DNA from: a virus
Taxonomy: Duplodnaviria; Caudoviricetes
Strand: one strand, 5' to 3'
Virus record (IMG/VR): IMGVR_UViG_2852079565_000004
Coordinates: 55,005 to 119,004 of that record
Length of the DNA: 64,000 nucleotides
Positions within the stretch are counted from its first letter, which is position 1. Each line of letters starts with the position of its first letter. The notes beneath the pieces are model-generated. The model was not told the origin of the DNA, did no database searches, and saw only the letters and a list, made by a program, of their open reading frames with translations. Positions 58,311 to 64,000 of the stretch are shown here, one piece after another. A program made the translations under genes and the position numbers.

Positions 58311-58765
58311 TGTAAGCACTCCGTTCTAATGTAATCTTGCAAATACAAAGTTTGTTTTTCGTTCTCAACTATCATTTTTCTGAGACGCCAATAATCTTGT
58401 TCAGCTGCTTCACTAAGTCGTGCGGAGCTTTCATTGCCTCCGCTTTCGAAGGTATTCGCTTCGGGTTTTGGACATTTGGCGTTGACGTACACGCGCTTAG
58501 TACCATTACTAACATCATTGCGCAGCTTATCAATTTCAGCTTTTGCATTTGAGAGATCCATTGTGTGAGTTTTGTCGAGTTCGTGAAGTGAGTTAATACG
58601 TTTTTGGTAATCCTCATTAATTTTGACCTGCTCTGTCAACTCAACGAGTAGTCCGGCATTTTTGGTATTTAACTCACCTATCCTCTCGTGTTGTTTCCAC
58701 ATTCCCCATATGGCCACCCACGCAGCGATATATAACAATGCACTGACTGTATTCATGGTATCCAC
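58307..58765 (-). CDS. Rz i-spanin (cryptic prophage)
   Basis: Paralog of 32959-33420. Confidence 0.88.
   Translation of the reverse strand: MDTMNTVSALLYIAAWVAIWGMWKQHERIGELNTKNAGLLVELTEQVKINEDYQKRINSLHELDKTHTMDLSNAKAEIDKLRNDVSNGTKRVYVNAKCPKPEANTFESGGNESSARLSEAAEQDYWRLRKMIVENEKQTLYLQDYIRTECLH
58372..58617 (-). CDS. Rz1-like o-spanin
   Basis: VLSAC lipobox nested in Rz. Confidence 0.65.
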   Translation of the reverse strand: MRITKNVLTHFTNSTKLTQWISQMQKLKLISCAMMLVMVLSACTSTPNVQNPKRIPSKAEAMKAPHDLVKQLNKIIGVSEK

Positions 58766-59092
58766 TATATAGATAATTAAAAGTTAACTTGCCGACTTTT
58801 GTAGTGTTCTATAACTTTCTGGCGCGTTTTTCTAAACTGGCTTTATCAATACCGCATGTATTGTCAGTGAGTCTGTTGGCGCCAAATACAATCATTGATA
58901 TCGCGAGTAACATAAAGCAAATTACTACCACTATAAGTTTCCATAACATATAGCCGCCTCCGCTTCTCTGCGATTACCTCATCGTTATAGAAGATAAAGA
59001 AGCCGTACTGACCAGCTTTATTGATTACTTTGCACTTCACGCTTAACCTTTGATAGCATCAAGAATAGCCCTTTAAAAACAGGATAGACAGT

Positions 59093-59299
59093 ATGCATAA
59101 AAACAAAGCTATATTAGTATGTTTTGTTATCGCTTTAGTAACAGCTTGTTCATCAAACACTAAACCCCAAACTAAGTCAGATACTTGCGAGATAAAAATG
59201 GATACTCCCGAAGGTAACTTGCCTGGGAAAATAGAGCAGTCCAGTGGAAATAGTCCCGAATGTAAAGCGATTGAAAGAGCTATAGATAAAGCTATCTAA
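59093..59299 (+). CDS. Small lipoprotein
   Basis: LVTAC lipobox. Confidence 0.7.
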   Translation: MHKNKAILVCFVIALVTACSSNTKPQTKSDTCEIKMDTPEGNLPGKIEQSSGNSPECKAIERAIDKAI

Positions 59300-59379
59300 C
59301 ATATGAATTAGACAGAAGCTAGTAAGCGAGTTTTCATTGCAGAAAAGCCCCAATCATGGGGCTTATTAAAAATTTACAG

Positions 59380-59772
59380 CTATTTATTGATAATGGTTAC
59401 TCGCTTTACATCAACTTCTAATGAAGCCCACTCTTTATCAATTTCACCATCTAAACGAACTTTTGTTTCAGGTGTCACAACCTGTCCACGCCAGCGCCTA
59501 TCATCAATATCTACAGCAATTGAGCCAGTACTATCTTTAAATTCGTAAAGCTCTTTACCAATCTGTTTAACAATATGACCTTCAAGTGAAACCCATGCAT
59601 CATCAGGAAGCTCTTTCGCTTGAACGACAGTTGTTACTGCTTGAGCTGTTGCAACAAACCCACCTTTTGAACCAACAGAACCATCATTCGAAACAAATCC
59701 ACCAGCATGGTTATTAGCTAATACGCCAAATGAAGCTGCTGATAATACGAGCGCAATAACTGTCTTATTCAT
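59380..59772 (-). CDS. YgiW/YdeI-family periplasmic OB-fold stress protein
   Basis: Signal peptide; DDAWVSLEGHIV, YEFKDSTGSI.VDID, GEIDK. Confidence 0.9.
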   Translation of the reverse strand: MNKTVIALVLSAASFGVLANNHAGGFVSNDGSVGSKGGFVATAQAVTTVVQAKELPDDAWVSLEGHIVKQIGKELYEFKDSTGSIAVDIDDRRWRGQVVTPETKVRLDGEIDKEWASLEVDVKRVTIINK

Positions 59773-59818
59773 AATAATTCCTTTTGTCTGTTAATTTTTT
59801 ATAGTTTATCAATTAAAC

Positions 59819-59835
59819 CTTAACAGAATCTTAAG
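59819..59835. promoter_or_regulatory. PmrA/QseB-type box upstream of ygiW-like gene
   Basis: CTTAAC-N5-CTTAAG. Confidence 0.5.
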
Positions 59836-60033
59836 GCAAATAATTAACACTTTAGATCGGTTATTGCACATAGCAGCACATGTAACTCTGACCAATCGTG
59901 ACAGAAAATCTTATGTTTATTTTAACTATAAAAAAGACCGCCTAGGCGATCTTTTATGAATAACTGATATAGCTCAGATGAAAAGTTTAACCTGACCATA
60001 AGTTTATTAAAGATTAAGAGTGAACATCATTCT

Positions 60034-60555
60034 CTACTCAGCGTCTTTTTCTTTAGTTAAACAATAACGCAAGTTTTGCCTAATAGCTTCAATAGACCAA
60101 ATCCAAAAAGCAGTTCCAACAAACTCAGATATTAGTGCTTGATAACCAGCAGTCCAAAGCCAGCCAGACAATCCTAATAATGGTACAACTAAGCCATGAG
60201 CAAAAACAGAAACACCGATACCAAAACATATACCGTGTAATAATTTCACCTTAGGTAAGTATTCAGCGATAACACAATATATAACTGCAATAACTATCGA
60301 AAATAATATATGAACACCATTCCCGCCCCAATTAATACTATATCCCATCCAATGATAAGTCATAGTATCTATATTTAGCCCAAGCTTTTCTAACAAGACA
60401 ATGGGAGGTGGGGTTGTTTCTAGCGTTCTCGGTGGAATCAAACCTTCAAAGCCAGATTTAACTAAAGCGGAAAATATACCCGCAATAATACCAACATATA
60501 TTGCTATACAAATATGCCTAGAGCTTTTCTTTGTCAATTTAAATAGATCAATCAT
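60034..60555 (-). CDS. YagU/DUF1440 inner-membrane acid-resistance protein
   Basis: SALVKSGFE..PPR, HILFS, SEFVG..FW.W.IE..R. Confidence 0.85.
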   Translation of the reverse strand: MIDLFKLTKKSSRHICIAIYVGIIAGIFSALVKSGFEGLIPPRTLETTPPPIVLLEKLGLNIDTMTYHWMGYSINWGGNGVHILFSIVIAVIYCVIAEYLPKVKLLHGICFGIGVSVFAHGLVVPLLGLSGWLWTAGYQALISEFVGTAFWIWSIEAIRQNLRYCLTKEKDAE

Positions 60556-61028
60556 TATACATACACGCCTTATGAATAGATATTATGAATATAGTAGAGA
60601 AAAGGGCGATTGTTTATTATTAGTATAATTATTATTTTTAATGTGTTGGGATGCTTGAAGCATAGTAACAAAAGATGGCTCATTAAATATAAATAAAAAA
60701 TCAACGACAATAAAAAATTCAATCGATACCCCTGCTCAGATCCCTGAGTAATTGTCATAGGGTTTAGCCAGTCAGCCTTGACATGCACCAGAATGAAAAA
60801 GTAACTCCCAACTTTGCGTGTGGATTTCAAGAACGGCAGACCTACCACTTGAAATTACTTTATCGTTATAGAGAAAAATTGAAGATATATTTTTATTATT
60901 TCAATAATCCGACACATAATAGCCATCAAAAAACAACATTCAAATAATGATTATTTTGCTTTTTAAAATAATAAGTTATATTAAAATAAGCATTAGGCAA
61001 GTCTCACTAAAAACAATGAGGATATTTT

Positions 61029-61331
61029 ATGAAAAAAATATTATTTGCTAGCATCATTGCAACATCGTTAATGACCACTTCAGCTTTCGCCGCAACAGAT
61101 GCAAAACCTGTATCTCAATGGACATGCGAAGATTTCTTAGCAATCGATGATGCATTTTATCCAACAGCAATTGGTGCTGCTGAGATTATTACCCAGAAAG
61201 GTAAGGTAGAAGACCCTACTTTAGATATTAGTGGTATTGCAACATCCACTCCGTTAATTGTTGAAGCTTGCGAAAAAGCTCCCAAAGAATCATTTATTCA
61301 AAAAGTCGAAGCTCATTTGAAAAAAATGTAA
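61029..61331 (+). CDS. hdeA: Periplasmic acid chaperone HdeA
   Basis: KPVSQWTCEDFLAIDDAFYPTAIG..IVEAC matches HdeA KPVNSWTCEDFLAVDESFQPTAVG. Confidence 0.9.
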   Translation: MKKILFASIIATSLMTTSAFAATDAKPVSQWTCEDFLAIDDAFYPTAIGAAEIITQKGKVEDPTLDISGIATSTPLIVEACEKAPKESFIQKVEAHLKKM

Positions 61332-61526
61332 TCTAAAGACCCCACCCCTCTGGTGGGGTTTTCTTTTATTGTGCATAACTACACATGTAACTATGAACAA
61401 TCGTAACAGCAAGTCTTATGTTTGTTTTAGGTATAAAACCTGACATTACTGACGGGTCTATAACACGTGTAATATGATATATTTATACTTCGGGATGCTA
61501 TTCTTTTCAAGACTCACCGATCTGCA

Positions 61527-61886
61527 TTAGTTCAATTTGTATCCATACTCTTCACATTGTTCAATAACACTGCGATACTTATATTCATTATCACCAACCA
61601 GAACAACTCTACGTAAGTCAATGTTACCTACAGGCTCAGGCATTGATGTGATGAAAGGGATTGTTTCTTTATTGGATTTAGCGACTAAACCGCAATATGC
61701 ATCATACGGATTAGCAATCATTTTACCGAGTTTGAACTTTGCAGATATTGGTAATTTAAGGTGGTTTTTTATTAGGCTAACTACCTTTGCTTCTTCTTCC
61801 TTATTTAGACCTCTCTCTGCTGCTAAAGCACTGCTTGATACAGCCATAATTGAGATGGCTAGTACTACTGAGAATAATTTACTCAT
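61527..61886 (-). CDS. Secreted hypothetical protein
   Basis: Signal peptide; YCGLV motif; GAGGGG RBS. Confidence 0.7.
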   Translation of the reverse strand: MSKLFSVVLAISIMAVSSSALAAERGLNKEEEAKVVSLIKNHLKLPISAKFKLGKMIANPYDAYCGLVAKSNKETIPFITSMPEPVGNIDLRRVVLVGDNEYKYRSVIEQCEEYGYKLN

Positions 61887-61995
61887 TTAATTACCCCCTC
61901 ATTAAATATGAACATCAGATATCTATTTAATTTAGATAGATAATATTATTAAAGATTAAATAATGAGGCAATAAAAAACCCCGCTTAATGAATCA

Positions 61996-62018
61996 TCCAA
62001 CTTTATGGGGTCAGATCA
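61996..62018. repeat. Isolated IS3-family-like terminal inverted repeat
   Basis: Revcomp TGATCTGACCCCATAAAGTTGGA; no transposase nearby. Confidence 0.45.
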
Positions 62019-62253
62019 CATCGCAAGGTTTCATTCTATAAGTTAGGTGACAACGTATTCACTCTTATCACAATAACATCGAATTTACGTAGCGCACTAG
62101 TACTTTTTATGAATATATTGGATGTAAAAAAGCCCGCGATTGCAGGCCTTGAATTGGTTTTATGCGACTAGTTATAGAATGTCCATTTTCGGAAAAAAAT
62201 AAGCCAGTTCCGGACAAAATGCAACACTCTATACCAGTGAGTGCAAGTATTTT

Positions 62254-62814
62254 TTATCGTACAGTCCAGCTACCACGTATAGGGCGAGCAAAAGATGCTA
62301 AAACTGCAATGAGACATATTTCTATAGATACAGCCCAATAAATATGTCCTAAAATCTCGCTAACTAATTCATAACCATTTAAATTCCAGAGCCAACCAAC
62401 TTTACCCTCATTATATGAGGGATGACGAAATCCAAATAATGGGATCATTATTCCATGAGCAAATATTGTGATCAAAACACCATATAATACACCATAAAAC
62501 ATTCGAATTTTAGGCAGATAAGCTGATATAAAGACGTATACAAAAGCGAACGCAAAACTAAATAACCAATGGTATAAGGTTACAGCACCACCGACCAATG
62601 ATCCCTGATAAAAATAATCAAGAGAATGAGAATTGATGCCTAACCAACTAAACCACGCATCAATATTCGCTGCTGGTGGTGATATTTCACCTGCAACTCT
62701 CGGGGGCATATTCACTTCAGAGCCCCATTTAACTAATGAGCTAATGAAGCCACCAATAATAGTTCCCCAAACAACTATCTTTAAATTTATCTTATTACTC
62801 CACATAAATACCAC
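62254..62814 (-). CDS. Second YagU/DUF1440 protein
   Basis: SSLVKWGSEVNMPPR, HWLFS, SEILGH.YW..IE. Confidence 0.85.
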   Translation of the reverse strand: MVFMWSNKINLKIVVWGTIIGGFISSLVKWGSEVNMPPRVAGEISPPAANIDAWFSWLGINSHSLDYFYQGSLVGGAVTLYHWLFSFAFAFVYVFISAYLPKIRMFYGVLYGVLITIFAHGIMIPLFGFRHPSYNEGKVGWLWNLNGYELVSEILGHIYWAVSIEICLIAVLASFARPIRGSWTVR

Positions 62815-62903
62815 CTCATGTAAATTTACAAGTTTTTATTTTTACACCAAATAACATTAAATTTACAGTTTTAAAATAATTTGAATTTAATTAATTACTA
62901 AAA

Positions 62904-63706
62904 CTATTTAATTGTTCGACTAAATGCTTGTTCTGCCATACTTTCCTCAACAAAACACTTACTTATCAATATTTCATAGAACGGCTTCCAATTTCTACGC
63001 CATGTTCTTTCATTAAGGTCAGGTACTAAATGTCTTATTGCTTTAAATGCTACAGATGACGGTACACGATTGAAGCCACGCCCAGCACAACGAGAACAAT
63101 CTTTATAAACTGGTGTCACTTGTAATTCACTCTGAACTTCATCTAAGACCTTGCCCTCCCTTTACAACGACAACGGTTTATTAATTGGCTCTTACTATTA
63201 CATGACTCACAAATCACTTTTTTAGTTTCCACAACATCGCGCTCTGTATTGGTATATCGCTTGGGCTGGCTCTTGGAAAATGACGGAAAAATAGCTTCCC
63301 TCGTTGAATACTTTGTTGTAGTAATTTTTTTATCAAGCATTCCTTTCCCACTACATGCTGAACACTGGCAAACCGAACCTGCTGATCGAGCGTAATCCTC
63401 AAAAGTCATTTTAGACAGAACAATTAAACAGTAGCCCAATTTATTGCCAGCAGCTTTGCGAACTAATTTAGGCGCTATTTTTAGCGCATATTGAGTCAAG
63501 CCCTCCACGGTAGAAAATTTACCCTCTTCACTGACATCATTTTTAGCCAGAAAGGCTGTCATCCCAAACTTAGCTAGTGATTCGGTCATCCCGATCGCAG
63601 CCATAATATCAGTACCCGTTAAACGGTCTGGTGACGTACAACTGGCTGAGTCACTAAATGTGGGTGACTTAGGATGGAAGTTCTTTAGTGCATTTACTAA
63701 TTTCAT
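62904..63706 (-). pseudogene. Lambda-Q-type antiterminator split into two ORFs
   Basis: LTGTDIMAAIG, CxxC motifs; stop at 63143 then CSRCAGRG..TWRRNWKPFYE. Confidence 0.8.
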
Positions 63707-63715
63707 GCTGCCCGC

Positions 63716-64000
63716 CTATAAATCATCCCACTGAGTACGTAATGTTTTCGGACATTGAACGTTCTTTTTCCAGAATGCATCTTGGCTAACACGTTTATAG
63801 AATTGGCAAATCTCCTTGTGAGTGCGCCCGTCTTGGTTAACCATCAAGCGAACATCGTTAGCCCACTCTGTGAAATTTGACTCTTTCGGCTCTTGCAGTC
63901 CAAGCTCTTTGAATACTTCACACTTGCGGCTAAACAGCCATTCAGCGCACTTAAGGTCATCCGCAGATCCCCATTTCTGTAAGTTAGTCCTATAAATCAC
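63716..64000 (-). pseudogene. C-terminal part of O-like replication protein, directly abutting Q
   Basis: WANDVRLM, FWKKNVQCPKTLRTQWDDL; P and nin genes missing. Confidence 0.7.

Larger units (their letters stand above)
52628..64000. mobile_element. Decayed (cryptic) lambdoid prophage late region loaded with stress morons
   Basis: O-like fragment, split Q, Rz/Rz1; no holin, lysin or virion genes; segments paralogous to 31600-33630. Confidence 0.8.

Noticed and set aside
60570-60848. 92-aa ORF or structured RNA in the higher-GC patch between yagU and hdeA
   Set aside because: No RBS, motif or convincing fold identifiable by eye

Overview
AT-rich enterobacterial chromosome window (Providencia/Morganellaceae-like by inference) made up almost entirely of a tandem array of three mobile elements, with tmRNA (ssrA) 3'-end fragments at the two junctions. 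(1) 1-~8420: right end of a satellite/integrative island with a TOPRIM primase, RadC/JAB, a serine resolvase, orphan cargo and a SIR2-STAND-TPR (Avs-like) defence gene. (2) ~8417-52627: an apparently complete ~44 kb temperate myophage with a 434-type cI/cro switch, YdaT-type CII, O/P-like replication, Q, holin/SAR lysozyme/Rz-Rz1, a DUF1073/DUF2213/DUF2184 head, a DUF3383 sheath tail, xis-int, and many low-GC morons (AbiTii, HsdR-N nuclease, TM-receiver protein, entericidin, a mini-transposon cassette). (3) 52628-64000: a decayed second lambdoid prophage (split Q, Rz/Rz1, no holin, lysin or virion genes) whose late region holds intact stress genes (blc, ecnB-like, gsp, ygiW-like, hdeA, two yagU-like). 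Most striking unexplained signal: the 12-mer GAGGCAAGACCA occurs 8 times in the prophage early region, always on the coding strand and nearly always as the RBS-to-start spacer. The pL leader encodes on its opposite strand a predicted ~115-nt terminated sRNA carrying the exact complement CAUUGGUCUUGCCUCU plus two UUUGGUCG hairpin loops. One motif-bearing gene is an unannotated 56-aa CsrA-like protein. Together these suggest an RNA-level, multi-target control layer over the lytic early regulon (hypothesis, untested). All family calls are from motif recognition, not database searches.
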